Below are positions 1-10,283 of a stretch of DNA of 64,000 bases, in pieces; position 1 is the first letter of the stretch; the number at the start of each line of letters is the position of its first letter. Origin of the DNA: Alphaproteobacteria bacterium (GTDB lineage: Bacteria; Pseudomonadota; Alphaproteobacteria; JAAXGF01); NCBI GenBank assembly GCA_963555825.3, contig CAUVXB020000001.1:1792001-1856000 (forward strand), in the 5' to 3' direction. The translations under genes and the position numbers were made by a program. The notes below the pieces were generated by a model. It saw only the letters and a program-made list of their open reading frames with translations. It was not told the DNA's origin and did no database searches.

Positions 1-1360
1 GGTGATGGAGAATGAAGGCGGCGTATCCTGGCGTTGATGAAGACGCCAATTTTCCGAAGAAAGGGATACGCCATGAAAGACGATACAGTTGTTGCGTTGC
101 GCCAGCCAGAGTCATTTTCCGACGATCCGCTGACGGAGATATTGCGCGCCGGCGCCCGGCAGTTGCTTGGCCAGGCGATTGAAGCGGAAGTTGCCGCCCA
201 TATTGAAGCCCATGCCGATTTGACCGACGCTTCGGGCCGGCGCCGTATTGTCCGTCACGGGCACATGCCGGAACGCGAGGTTCAGACCGGGATCGGAGCT
301 GTGACGGTGAAGCGGCCAAGAGTGCGAGACCGAGATCCACAGGCCACGGGCGGGCGCATCCGTTTCACGTCATCGATCCTGCCGCCTTATCTCAGGCGCG
401 CCAAGTCGGTCGAGGCGCTTCTGCCCTGGCTTTATCTGAAGGGCATCTCCAGCGGCGACTTTTCGGAGGCCCTGGCGGCGCTGCTGGGACCGGACGCGCC
501 GGGCCTGACGGCCAGCACCATTGGCCGGCTGAAAGCGGTCTGGTGGGACGAATACGAAGCCTGGCAAAAGCGCGACCTTTCGGCTCGGCGCTACGTCTAT
601 TTTTGGGCCGACGGGGTCTACTTCTCGCCTCGCATGGACCATGACAAACAGTGTGTTCTGGTGATCATCGGCGCCGACGCCATGGGCAACAAGGACATCG
701 TCGGCATGGTCGACGGTTATCGAGAGAGCGCGCAAAGCTGGAAGGAACTGCTGCTTGATCTCAAGCGCCGGGGCTTGGAGACCGGCCCCGAGTTGGCCGT
801 CGGCGACGGCGCCTTGGGCTTCTGGAAGGCGCTACGCGAGGTTTACGGAGAGACCAGGGTGCAGCGTTGCTGGGTCCACAAGACCGCCAACGTGCTCAAC
901 CAGATGCCCAAATCCCTGCAGGCCAAAGCCAAGGGCCATCTGCACGACATCTGGATGGCCGAGACTAGGGCCGACGCCGAAGCCGCCTTCGACTTCTTCA
1001 TCGCAGCCTACGGCGCAAAATACCACAAGGCCGCAGAGCGCCTGGTCAAGGACCGTGAACGCCTGCTGAGCTTCTACGACTTCCCGGCCGAGCACTGGAA
1101 GCACATCCGCACCACCAACCCCATCGAAAGCACCTTCGCCACGGTGCGCCTGAGGACCGTGAAGACCAAGGGGTGCCTGAGCCGCAAGACGGCGCTCGCC
1201 ATGGCCTTCAAACTGATCTTGAGTGCCAGGCGGAAATGGCGGAAGCTGGACGGATCAAATCAACTCGCCGAACTCGTCGAAGGAGTGCCGTTCAAGGACG
1301 GAATCAAGATAACCAAACACGCCGCCTGATAGCTCCGTCACCAACTTTCGGACATAGCTC
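1..1360 (+). mobile_element. IS256-family element, copy A (left end cut by window edge)
   Basis: Identical to copies at 2696-5868 and 21211-22588; right end TCACCAACTTTCGGACATAGCTC ends at 1360. Confidence 0.95.
73..1329 (+). CDS. IS256-family (Mutator-type) DDE transposase
   Basis: Motifs YLKGISSGDF, YFWADGVY, DGALGFWKA, QRCWVHK, IRTTNPIES; ATG at 73 follows AAGGGA. Confidence 0.95.
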   Translation: MKDDTVVALRQPESFSDDPLTEILRAGARQLLGQAIEAEVAAHIEAHADLTDASGRRRIVRHGHMPEREVQTGIGAVTVKRPRVRDRDPQATGGRIRFTSSILPPYLRRAKSVEALLPWLYLKGISSGDFSEALAALLGPDAPGLTASTIGRLKAVWWDEYEAWQKRDLSARRYVYFWADGVYFSPRMDHDKQCVLVIIGADAMGNKDIVGMVDGYRESAQSWKELLLDLKRRGLETGPELAVGDGALGFWKALREVYGETRVQRCWVHKTANVLNQMPKSLQAKAKGHLHDIWMAETRADAEAAFDFFIAAYGAKYHKAAERLVKDRERLLSFYDFPAEHWKHIRTTNPIESTFATVRLRTVKTKGCLSRKTALAMAFKLILSARRKWRKLDGSNQLAELVEGVPFKDGIKITKHAA

Positions 1361-1726
1361 ACTACCGCAGGGCGGCCGAGGCTATTGTGGGTAGCCCTGC
1401 TTGGAATGGTCAACTTGGTATCTGGGGCGAAGAGATGATCAAGGACACGGCGATTAATCCGTCATTCGCAATTGACACGCCACAGAAAAATGTAGCCGCT
1501 CGGGTAAACATCCACCTCCACCGGCAGGCCCTTCACGGCGAAGATTTCAGTGGTATAGACTTGGACGAAGATTGGGTTGACTAGCCACTCGAGGTCCTTC
1601 CACCGTAAGAGCCGATCCAAGAAGTTGTTGGATCGGATGAATCGGTTGTAATTCATTGTTGGGCACTCGAAACATTTCGGAGGGTTGCGCGATGTGGACG
1701 CCCGAAAACCGGCAAGCTATCAGCCT

Positions 1727-1882
1727 GATAGCGCGCTCAGCAAGTGGTTCAACGAGCGCACTGTGGGGTCCCGCGGGCGGATCCGCCGGGTGATGATCGT
1801 GGCGCTCGCCCGCAAGCTGCTCATCGCGCTCTGGCGGTTCTCCGAGACCGGCCTCGTGCCGACTGGCGCCAAGCTCGCCTGA
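1727..1882 (+). pseudogene. IS110-family recombinase C-terminal fragment
   Basis: SALSKWFNERT...RRVMIVALARKLLIALWRF...GAKLA* carries the IS110 C-terminal VALARKL motif; the 5' part is missing. Confidence 0.8.
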
Positions 1883-2223
1883 TCGCAAGACCGCGCTGTT
1901 CCAGACCGGCCGGACGCGGCCGGGGCTGGGTCGGGTGGCGAGTGGCCGAGGCTCTTGCGGGCTGAAACACGCCGACCGAGAGATGGGCCCCGCCTCCGGA
2001 ACGCTGCGTCCGCAGCAAGCGGGATCGAGGGACGGTTCCGGCGCTCCGTCGCCGAAAAACCTCCCGCATAAGAGTTGGGTATGCGCACAAGCGCGACCGA
2101 TGCGAAAAGCGTTCCGACCTGGCTACAAAGGCAAACCAACCGTCAATCCGACCAACCCAGAAAACGAGTTCGCCATGCAGTAAACCCAACCAACTTCTCC
2201 GCTTGACTGCGTCTGCCCTCATA
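1883..2223 (+). ncRNA. Candidate IS110 bridge/seekRNA-encoding right non-coding end
   Basis: ~340 nt non-coding tract after the IS110 stop; internal CATAAGAG (2068-2075) repeats the terminal CATAAGAG (2220-2227); TTGACT -35-like box at 2203-2208. Confidence 0.45.
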
Positions 2224-2314
2224 AGAGCGAGAGCTTTAGCCGCAGGCGGGCGAGGGCGGATGCCGAAGAGGGTGTCTCCGCCCGGTTCCGCATTCACGCA
2301 ATCCCGGAGACTGA
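2224..2314 (+). repeat. 91-bp copy of the leader upstream of the ParB-like gene
   Basis: 89/91 identical to the reverse complement of 52566-52656. Confidence 0.9.
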
Positions 2315-2726
2315 GAACGGCAGAGCAATAATCCCCCACTGAAGCGGCCGGTCGATCCGGCTGCGGCGGACCAAAATGGGACCGCGTATAGCCTTCTGTC
2401 AGGGTTGCTCTGACTGGAAGGCGGGGGGGATGTATCGGGTGGAGTTGTACGCACGGGTTCGGCGGGCGTGTCATGTCGAGGGGATGAGCACCCGCGAGGC
2501 CTCGCGGGTGTTTGGTGTAGACCGCAAGACGGTCCGTAAGATGCTGTCGTTCTCGGTGCCGCCAGGGTATCGCCGAAGCGCGCCGCCGAGGCGGCCAAAG
2601 CTGGGTCCGTTCACGGGAATCATCGATCGGATCTTGGAAGACGATCGGACCAGCCACCGCAAGCAACGGCACACTGCGAAGCGCATCTTCGACCGGAGCT
2701 ATGTCCGAAAGTTGGTGACGGAGCTA

Positions 2727-3983
2727 TCAGGCGGCGTGTTTGGTTATCTTGATTCCGTCCTTGAACGGCACTCCTTCGACGAGTTCGGCGAGTTGATTTG
2801 ATCCGTCCAGCTTCCGCCATTTCCGCCTGGCACTCAAGATCAGTTTGAAGGCCATGGCGAGCGCCGTCTTGCGGCTCAGGCACCCCTTGGTCTTCACGGT
2901 CCTCAGGCGCACCGTGGCGAAGGTGCTTTCGATGGGGTTGGTGGTGCGGATGTGCTTCCAGTGCTCGGCCGGGAAGTCGTAGAAGCTCAGCAGGCGTTCA
3001 CGGTCCTTGACCAGGCGCTCTGCGGCCTTGTGGTATTTTGCGCCGTAGGCTGCGATGAAGAAGTCGAAGGCGGCTTCGGCGTCGGCCCTAGTCTCGGCCA
3101 TCCAGATGTCGTGCAGATGGCCCTTGGCTTTGGCCTGCAGGGATTTGGGCATCTGGTTGAGCACGTTGGCGGTCTTGTGGACCCAGCAACGCTGCACCCT
3201 GGTCTCTCCGTAAACCTCGCGTAGCGCCTTCCAGAAGCCCAAGGCGCCGTCGCCGACGGCCAACTCGGGGCCGGTCTCCAAGCCCCGGCGCTTGAGATCA
3301 AGCAGCAGTTCCTTCCAGCTTTGCGCGCTCTCTCGATAACCGTCGACCATGCCGACGATGTCCTTGTTGCCCATGGCGTCGGCGCCGATGATCACCAGAA
3401 CACACTGTTTGTCATGGTCCATGCGAGGCGAGAAGTAGACCCCGTCGGCCCAAAAATAGACGTAGCGCCGAGCCGAAAGGTCGCGCTTTTGCCAGGCTTC
3501 GTATTCGTCCCACCAGACCGCTTTCAGCCGGCCAATGGTGCTGGCCGTCAGGCCCGGCGCGTCCGGTCCCAGCAGCGCCGCCAGGGCCTCCGAAAAGTCG
3601 CCGCTGGAGATGCCCTTCAGATAAAGCCAGGGCAGAAGCGCCTCGACCGACTTGGCGCGCCTGAGATAAGGCGGCAGGATCGATGACGTGAAACGGATGC
3701 GCCCGCCCGTGGCCTGTGGATCTCGGTCTCGCACTCTTGGCCGCTTCACCGTCACAGCTCCGATCCCGGTCTGAACCTCGCGTTCCGGCATGTGCCCGTG
3801 ACGGACAATACGGCGCCGGCCCGAAGCGTCGGTCAAATCGGCATGGGCTTCAATATGGGCGGCAACTTCCGCTTCAATCGCCTGGCCAAGCAACTGCCGG
3901 GCGCCGGCGCGCAATATCTCCGTCAGCGGATCGTCGGAAAATGACTCTGGCTGGCGCAACGCAACAACTGTATCGTCTTTCAT
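2727..3983 (-). CDS. IS256-family transposase
   Basis: Protein identical to 73-1329. Confidence 0.95.
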   Translation of the reverse strand: MKDDTVVALRQPESFSDDPLTEILRAGARQLLGQAIEAEVAAHIEAHADLTDASGRRRIVRHGHMPEREVQTGIGAVTVKRPRVRDRDPQATGGRIRFTSSILPPYLRRAKSVEALLPWLYLKGISSGDFSEALAALLGPDAPGLTASTIGRLKAVWWDEYEAWQKRDLSARRYVYFWADGVYFSPRMDHDKQCVLVIIGADAMGNKDIVGMVDGYRESAQSWKELLLDLKRRGLETGPELAVGDGALGFWKALREVYGETRVQRCWVHKTANVLNQMPKSLQAKAKGHLHDIWMAETRADAEAAFDFFIAAYGAKYHKAAERLVKDRERLLSFYDFPAEHWKHIRTTNPIESTFATVRLRTVKTKGCLSRKTALAMAFKLILSARRKWRKLDGSNQLAELVEGVPFKDGIKITKHAA

Positions 3984-4062
3984 GGCGTATCCCTTTCTTC
4001 GGAAAATTGGCGTCTTCATCAACGCCAGGATACGCCGCCTTCATTCTCCATCACCAAGATTC

Positions 4063-5850
4063 GACGGGGCGGTAAAAAGTCGATTCCTCATGAGAGTCGG
4101 CTGGATTATAATTGTGCATGTTTACTTTACGCGACCGACGGACTGGGGAATTGTTTGATCGCTGGTCCGATTTCGGGGACAAACGTCGGCGCCTGATGGA
4201 GCAATCCTGGGCCGGGGTTTTTCGGAACCATCTGCTTGTCGAACTTCCGGTTGACGATCTTTGCCGTCACCTTGATGAACGCATGGGCCGACCATCGAAG
4301 GATCTACACGTTGTCATCGGGGTCTTGCTTTTGCAGCAGCTGCACGATCTGAGCGATGCAGAGACCGTCGAGGCCCTGGCCTTCAATATGGCGTGGCACT
4401 ATGCCTTGGACGTGCGCAGCGAAGCGGACAGCTATTTCTGTGAGAAAACCCTGCGCAACTATCGCCGTCTGTTTATCGAACAAGGTCTCGATGAATTGCT
4501 GTTCCGGTGTTTGACGGATCGGCTGGTGCAGGGGTTCTCTGTCGATACCAGCCACCAACGCATGGATTCGACGGCCCTTCGTTCGGCAATGCGGGCGCTG
4601 ACACGACTTGGTATCGTTGTTGAGAGCATCTCGAAGTTTGCCCGTGAGCTTGAGCGATATCATCCCGGTCTGCACGAGCAGATCAGCAAGGAGGTGATCC
4701 GCCGCTATGTCGATCGCGAGGGTAATGGCGCGTTCGCGAATACGGCGCCGAGTGTTTCAAAACGGCGCCTCGGCGAAGCGGGTCAGTATCTCCTAGCCCT
4801 GGTGCTGCAATTCCGTGACACGGCGGCGGCAAAGCTTTTCAGTTTTGCGATCCTGGAGAGGGTTCTGCGCGATCAGTTCGAGATCGTTGATGATGAGTAT
4901 GGCGATCGTGACGCAACGCGCGCCGCGATTCGAGATCCAAAGGATGTGCCGTGCGATACCGTCGGCAATCCGGCCGACCCGGACGCGAGCTACAACGCGC
5001 ACAAGGGTCAAGGATACATGGCGCAGATCGTCGAAACCTATTGTGAAGATGTCAGTAACGAGGCGGTTGCCGCGACACCGGACCTCATCACCCACGTGGA
5101 GGTCCACAAGATGACGGTGCATGACGGCCATCGCTTGGCCGATGCGCTGGATGATCTGAGCGAGCGCGCGCTGACGCCGGCGGTGATGCTGGGTGATTCA
5201 CATTACGGTTCCAGTGACAACATGGCTCTGACGCGCGAACAGAACATCAATCTCGTGGCGCCCGCACGACCGCCGAAAGGCGCCGTCTCGGGACGGTTGA
5301 CGTTGGAGGATTTCACTCTCAACGAAGAAGGCTTGGTCTTGCGCTGTCCCAATAACGTCGAACCGGTTTCAGCCTCGCTCGCCAAAGCCAAGCTGCAGGC
5401 CCGTTTCGACCTCTCCATCTGCCAAAAATGTCCCGATATACTGCGATGTCCCGTGCAGGCGGCCAAGCGTGACGGCCAATTTTCCCGCTTTCAATATACC
5501 CCGGCCAGGGCTGCCAACCAAAAGCGCCGGCTTTATGAACAAAGCGATGCCTTCCGCAACGTCTACAGATGGCGGGCCGGCATAGAAGCGACCATGTCGC
5601 GATTAAAGTACCAGATGAACCTGGCTCACCTACGCATTCGCGGCATGCCGGCCATGCGCTACGTGGTCAATCTGCGTGCCCTCGGCCTCAATATCCGACG
5701 CTGCGCGGCAATCGCACCATAAAAAACGAAGCCAAGGAGAAGCCATCGTAATATCAGGTTTTTCCACCAGCAACGCGGATCGGCAAATATTCTTCACCGA
5801 ACCGCAAAGACCGTACAAGCAATCGGCCAACAACTTTTTACCGCCCCGTC
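4063..5850 (+). mobile_element. IS1182/IS5-like element (1788 bp)
   Basis: Perfect 18-bp IR GACGGGGCGGTAAAAAGT at 4063-4080 and 5833-5850; 7-bp TSD AAGATTC at 4056-4062 and 5851-5857. Confidence 0.92.
4118..5722 (+). CDS. IS1182/IS5-like DDE transposase
   Basis: GRPS...LSD N-terminal motif, RMDST, DPDA, GDSHYG, Cys-rich insert, YRWRAGIEATMSRLK. Confidence 0.85.
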   Translation: MFTLRDRRTGELFDRWSDFGDKRRRLMEQSWAGVFRNHLLVELPVDDLCRHLDERMGRPSKDLHVVIGVLLLQQLHDLSDAETVEALAFNMAWHYALDVRSEADSYFCEKTLRNYRRLFIEQGLDELLFRCLTDRLVQGFSVDTSHQRMDSTALRSAMRALTRLGIVVESISKFARELERYHPGLHEQISKEVIRRYVDREGNGAFANTAPSVSKRRLGEAGQYLLALVLQFRDTAAAKLFSFAILERVLRDQFEIVDDEYGDRDATRAAIRDPKDVPCDTVGNPADPDASYNAHKGQGYMAQIVETYCEDVSNEAVAATPDLITHVEVHKMTVHDGHRLADALDDLSERALTPAVMLGDSHYGSSDNMALTREQNINLVAPARPPKGAVSGRLTLEDFTLNEEGLVLRCPNNVEPVSASLAKAKLQARFDLSICQKCPDILRCPVQAAKRDGQFSRFQYTPARAANQKRRLYEQSDAFRNVYRWRAGIEATMSRLKYQMNLAHLRIRGMPAMRYVVNLRALGLNIRRCAAIAP

Positions 5851-7106
5851 AAGATTCAGCTATAGCTCTTCGACCGCCTCCGGGACGAGTACGGTTTCAC
5901 GGGCGGCTACACCATCGTGAAGGACTACGTTCGTGAGCAGGGGCTTCGGTCGCGTGAGGTGTTCGTGCCACTCTCCCATTCCCCCGGTCACGCCCAGGCG
6001 GACTTCGGCGAAGCGATGGCGGTGATCGGCGGCGCGTTACGGAAGATCCACTTCCTTGCCTTCGACCTTCCCCACAGTGATGGTTGCTTTGTTGCGGCCT
6101 ATCCGGCGGAGACGACCGAAGCATTCTGCGATGGCCACAACGCGGCGTTTGCCTTCTTCGGCGGCGTCCCCCGATCCATCCTGTACGACAACACCAAGCT
6201 GGCGGTTGCCCGGATCCTGGGCGATGGGAAGCGGCAGCGAACGCGCGTCTTCACGGAGCTTCAGTCCCACTATCTGTTCGAGGACAGGTTCGGCCGGCCG
6301 GGCAAGGGCAACGACAAGGGCAAGGTCGAGGGACTGGTCGGCTTCATCCGGCGGAACTTCCTGGTCCCCGTCCCGCGTGCCGAGAGCTTCGCGGCCCTCA
6401 ACGATGCTCTCGCCGAACAGTGCCGCCGGCGCCAGGCGGCGCGGCTGCGGGGCCACAAGGAGACCATCGGCGAGCGTCTCGAGCGGGATCGTCAAGTTCT
6501 CTTGCCATTGCCGCCTGCTCCCTATGATGCCTGCGATAAGCGCCCTGGACGGGCGAGTTCGCTGTCGCTGGTGCGTTACCGCAGCAACGACTATTCCGTG
6601 CCCGTGGCCTACGGCCACCGTGAGGTGCTCATCCGGGGCTACGTCGATGAGGTGGTGATCAGCTGCGGGGCCGAGGTGATCGCCCGGCACCGCCGGTCCT
6701 ACGACAGCGAGGACCTGATCTTCGACCCGCTGCATTACCTGCCCTTGATCGAGCAGAAGATCGGCGCCCTCGACCAGGCCGCGCCATTGGCGGGCTGGGA
6801 CCTGCCCGAGGCCTTCATCACTCTGCGGCGGCTCCTCGAAGCTCGTATGGGCAAGGCAGGCAAGCGCGAGTACGTCCAGGTGCTCCGTCTACTGGAGACC
6901 TTCCGGCTCGAGGAGGTCGAGGGTGCGGTCGGCGACGCCCTGCGGCTCGGCGCAATCGGCTTTGATGCGGTGAAGCACCTGGTACTGTGCCGCATCGAGC
7001 GGCGGCCGCCCAGGCTCAACCTCGACGTCTATCCGTATCTGCCGCGCGCCCGGGTCGCGATGACGTCCGCCAAGTCGTACATGAGCCTGCTGTCGGGGCT
7101 CGGCGC

Positions 7107-7871
7107 ATGACCGACACACCGCAAGTGCTGCTCGCCCACCACCTCAAGACGCTGAAGCTGCCGACCTTCCTGCGCGAGTACGACAAGATCGCCCGGCAGT
7201 GCGCCTCGGAAGGCGTCGATCACGTCCGCTACCTGTTGAGACTCGCCGAGCTCGAGCTGATCGACCGCGAGCGCCGCATGGTCGAGCGGCGCATCAAGGC
7301 GGCGCGCTTCCCCGTGGTCAAGAGCCTCGACAGCTTCGACTTCAAGGTCATCCCCTCGCTCAACAAGGCGCTGGTCCTGGAGCTGGCCCGCTGCGAGTAC
7401 ATCGAGCGCCGCGAGAACCTCATCGCGCTCGGCAACAGTGGGACCGGCAAGACCCACATCGCCCTCGGTCTCGGCCTGGCGGCCTGCCAGAAGGGCCTCT
7501 CGGTCGGCTTCATCACCGCCGCCGCGCTGGTCCACGAACTCATCGAGGCCCGCGATGACAAGCAGCTGCTGAGGTTCCAGAAGAAGCTCGCCACCTACAA
7601 GCTTCTGATCGTCGACGAACTCGGCTTCGTGCCGCTGTCGAAGACCGGCGCCGAGCTGTTGTTCGAGGTGTTCAGCCAACGCTACGAGCGGGGCTCGACC
7701 CTGGTCACCACCAATCTGCCCTTCGACGAATGGACCGAGGTGTTCGGCTCCGAGCGCCTCACCGGCGCGCTCCTCGATCGCCTCACCCACCACGTCAACA
7801 TCCTCGAGATGAACGGTGACAGCTACAGGCTCAACCAGAGCCGCAGGCGTCAAACCCCGACTGCTAACTGA
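7107..7871 (+). CDS. istB: IS21 helper AAA+ ATPase IstB
   Basis: Walker A GNSGTGKT, Walker B LLIVDELG, ALLDRLTHH; ATGA overlap with istA. Confidence 0.95.
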   Translation: MTDTPQVLLAHHLKTLKLPTFLREYDKIARQCASEGVDHVRYLLRLAELELIDRERRMVERRIKAARFPVVKSLDSFDFKVIPSLNKALVLELARCEYIERRENLIALGNSGTGKTHIALGLGLAACQKGLSVGFITAAALVHELIEARDDKQLLRFQKKLATYKLLIVDELGFVPLSKTGAELLFEVFSQRYERGSTLVTTNLPFDEWTEVFGSERLTGALLDRLTHHVNILEMNGDSYRLNQSRRRQTPTAN

Positions 7872-8062
7872 ACCGACCACCCAGCCCACGCTTGACCCCG
7901 TGGGCCCACAGGTCCCTCCCGCGCGCGCCGCCGCGTCAGCCTGTTGAGGGCACGCCGCGTCGCGCGCGGGGCCCTCCCGTGGACTACGGGGACAAGCCCG
8001 CAGCCGCCAAGCGGTCCCTTCTTACACCGCCGAGGTGGTCCCTTTTTGCTCCGCCATTGACA

Positions 8063-9226
8063 GTGAGGCTGAAGTCGGCCTGGCGAGCGGTCACACGGTG
8101 CCCGAAGTGTGCCGGACCTTGGGCATCGCCGAGCAGACGTACTATCGGTGGCGCAAGGAGTACGGCGGCCTGAAGGTTGGGCAGGCCCGACGCTTCAAGG
8201 AGCTCGAGCGGGAGAACACACATCTCAGGCGAGCCGTCGCCGATCTGACGCTGGATAAACTGATCCTGAAGGAAGCCGCCGAGGGAAACTTCTAAGCCCC
8301 GAGCGTCGCCGGCGCTGTGTTGAGCATGTCTGCACACGATATGGATTACCCGAGCGCCGGGTGTGCCAGGTCATCGGACAGCCACGCTCGACGCAACGCT
8401 ATCGACGTGTCGGGGCTGACGATGAGGCGGCGCTCACCGAGGCGATCGTGCGGCTAGCCAGTGAGTATGGCCGCTACGGCTATCGCCGGGTCACGGCGCT
8501 GCTCCGCGGAGAGGGTTGGCACGTGAACCACAAGCGGGTCGAACGCATCTGGCGACGGGAGGGGCTGAAGGTGCCTGTAAAGCAACCCAAGAGAGGCCGA
8601 CTGTGGCTCAACGACGGGTCCTGCATCCGTCTGCGGCCGAGCTGGCCGAACCATGTCTGGGCCTATGACTTCGTCATGGCCCGCACACACGATGGCAGGA
8701 CGTTCCGCATGCTGACGATCATCGACGAGTGGACCAGGGAGTGCCTGGCGATCGACGTCGCCCGGCACCTGCGATCCGACGACGTGCTGTATCGCCTGGC
8801 GGCACTGTTCGTCGACCGGGGGCCACCGGACCACATCCGCTCGGACAACGGCAGCGAGTTCACCGCCAAGGCCGTCCGTGACTGGCTGGCGAGAGTCGGT
8901 GTGACGACGCTCTACATCGCGCCGGGGAGTCCCTGGGAGAACGGCTACAACGAATCATTCAACGGCAAGCTCGGAGACGAGCTGCTCGACGGTGAGATAT
9001 TCTACTCGCTCAAGGAGGCTCAGGTGTTGATCGAGCGATGGCGGCATCACTACAACACGGTCAGGCCGCACAGTGCGCTGGGCTATACACCCCCGGCACC
9101 ACAGACCATCGTGCCCAAATGGACTGATCCGGCCTTCGCTATTGATGGGCTACAGCCGGATCAGCCCTTCCCAGAAACCGTGCCAGGACTAACATAGGAA
9201 CTGGTACATAGAATGGGGGCAGGCCA
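8063..9226 (+). mobile_element. IS3-family (IS407-group) element, 5'-truncated by IS21
   Basis: Identical to the 3' part of 31617-32892; the left IR and orfA start are missing; right IR ...GGGGGCAGGCCA. Confidence 0.92.
8292..9197 (+). CDS. IS3-family OrfB (DDE integrase domain), normally fused to OrfA by -1 frameshift
   Basis: [40 protein letters not shown]; GGGAAAC slippery site at the end of orfA. Confidence 0.9.
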   Translation, partial: LSPERRRRCVEHVCTRYGLPERRVCQVIGQPRSTQRYRRVGADDEAALTEAIVRLASEYGRYGYRRVTALLRGEGWHVNHKRVERIWRREGLKVPVKQPKRGRLWLNDGSCIRLRPSWPNHVWAYDFVMARTHDGRTFRMLTIIDEWTRECLAIDVARHLRSDDVLYRLAALFVDRGPPDHIRSDNGSEFTAKAVRDWLARVGVTTLYIAPGSPWENGYNESFNGKLGDELLDGEIFYSLKEAQVLIERWRHHYNTVRPHSALGYTPPAPQTIVPKWTDPAFAIDGLQPDQPFPETVPGLT

Positions 9227-9306
9227 AGTCCATAACTACGAGATATTTCCTCTACTTAGCATGTTTATGCCTTATTTATAAAGCTCCGTAATACCCATGC
9301 AAGCAA

Positions 9307-9352
9307 ACTCTTAATCAGCGGGTCGCAGGTTCGAATCCTGCTGCGCCCACCA
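9307..9352 (+). repeat. 3' half of tRNA-Lys(CTT): att direct repeat at an island boundary
   Basis: ACTCTTAATCAGCGGGTCGCAGGTTCGAATCCTGCTGCGCCCACCA gives anticodon loop CTT, T-arm and CCA; no D-arm or 5' acceptor strand upstream. Confidence 0.85.
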
Positions 9353-9486
9353 CCTAAGCCATTGGGATTTAACGGCGATATGTGCCTGCCGTGCATGTGT
9401 CGCGGAAACGGCGTACAGGTCAGCGGCCTATGCGGCTCCCGACGGTTTGGCAGAAGCGTCGAAGCGCTTCGCTCCGATAAGACCCT

Positions 9487-10272
9487 CTAATTTGGTTTCG
9501 CCCCGCGTAGGCGGCCGGCACGCAGCTCGCCGGCCTCGAACAGACCGGCCAGCGCGCGCCACTGGGTCAGGAAGCCTTCGTGCCGCGCCGCGCCGATCGC
9601 CGCGATCATCGGCCCGCGCAGGCGCCCCGCCATGGCGTCGCAACACGCGCGCGGCTGGCCGCGGCGCACGTCCGAGGTGTCGGCAACCGTAATGTCCGTG
9701 AAGCCGGCCGCGCGCAGCATGGCATCGTAGGATCCAGCCGTCTCGAGGTGATAGGCCATGCCGCGCAGTTCGAAATAGGCTTCCATGTCGGCGCTGGGCG
9801 GGGCGCCGTCGCCCATCCATTCGCTCGCCGCGATGCTGCCGCCGGGCCTGAGAACGCGGTGCAGCTCGGCGAATAAGGCCGGCTTGTCGTCGATCAGCAG
9901 CCAGCTGTCCTTGCCGAAGACGACATCGAAGGCGGCGTCGTCGAAGGGCAGCGGGCCGGGCTCGACGAGGCGCAGATCGACCCGGTCGGCGAGGCCGGCG
10001 GCCTCGATGCGCTTGCGCCCGATGTCGACCAATCCGGGCTCGATGTCGACGCCGACGACGCGGCAGTCGAACTCGGTGGCGAGCTGGACGTCGATGCCGC
10101 CGATTGCGCAGCCGATGTCGAGCACAGTCTCGCCGGCGAGATCGAGGCCTTCGACGATCGCGCGCAGGCTCTCGGGCCCGCCGGGCGACATGTGACCGGC
10201 GCCGAAGATCATCTCGGAGACGATCACCACCGAGTCGTCGTAGCGGCCGTAGAGCCTGTCCTCGTCGGCCAC
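9487..10272 (-). CDS. SAM-dependent methyltransferase (phosphoethanolamine/sarcosine N-methyltransferase-like)
   Basis: GTG start after AAGGGAAG; FGAGHMSPGG, VLDIGCAIGG, LPFDDAAFD, VLRPGG. Confidence 0.85.
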   Translation of the reverse strand: MADEDRLYGRYDDSVVIVSEMIFGAGHMSPGGPESLRAIVEGLDLAGETVLDIGCAIGGIDVQLATEFDCRVVGVDIEPGLVDIGRKRIEAAGLADRVDLRLVEPGPLPFDDAAFDVVFGKDSWLLIDDKPALFAELHRVLRPGGSIAASEWMGDGAPPSADMEAYFELRGMAYHLETAGSYDAMLRAAGFTDITVADTSDVRRGQPRACCDAMAGRLRGPMIAAIGAARHEGFLTQWRALAGLFEAGELRAGRLRGAKPN

Positions 10273-10283
10273 GGGGCTTCCCT

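Larger units (their letters stand above)
2696..5868 (-). mobile_element. IS256-family element, copy B, with another IS inserted in its left IR
   Basis: 8-bp TSD TTCGACCG at 2688-2695 and 5869-5876; IRs GAGCTATGTCCGAAAGTTGG / GAGCTATAGCTGAATCTTGG. Confidence 0.95.
2430..7110 (+). pseudogene. istA: IS21 transposase IstA interrupted by nested IS256
   Basis: The MYRVELY... N-terminal part (2430-2695) and the remainder (5877-7110) match intact IstA 26016-27515. Confidence 0.92.
2312..8062 (+). mobile_element. IS21-family element, copy 1 (2570 bp once the nested insertion is removed)
   Basis: Ends TGAGAACGG...CCATTGACA; matches 25898-28467 after removing 2696-5876; no flanking TSD. Confidence 0.95.

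Noticed and set aside
1361-1720. Short ORFs in the lower-GC patch after IS256 copy A
   Set aside because: Fragments of 65 aa or less with no recognisable motif
1-5868. Composite transposon formed by inverted IS256 copies A and B
   Set aside because: Copy B has its own TSD inside IS21, so it is an independent insertion
7895-8000. Long GC-rich hairpin downstream of istB as an independent ncRNA
   Set aside because: It lies inside the IS21 right end and is simply duplicated with the element
9280-9352. Intact tRNA-Lys gene
   Set aside because: The 5' acceptor strand and D-arm are absent; only the 3' half is present
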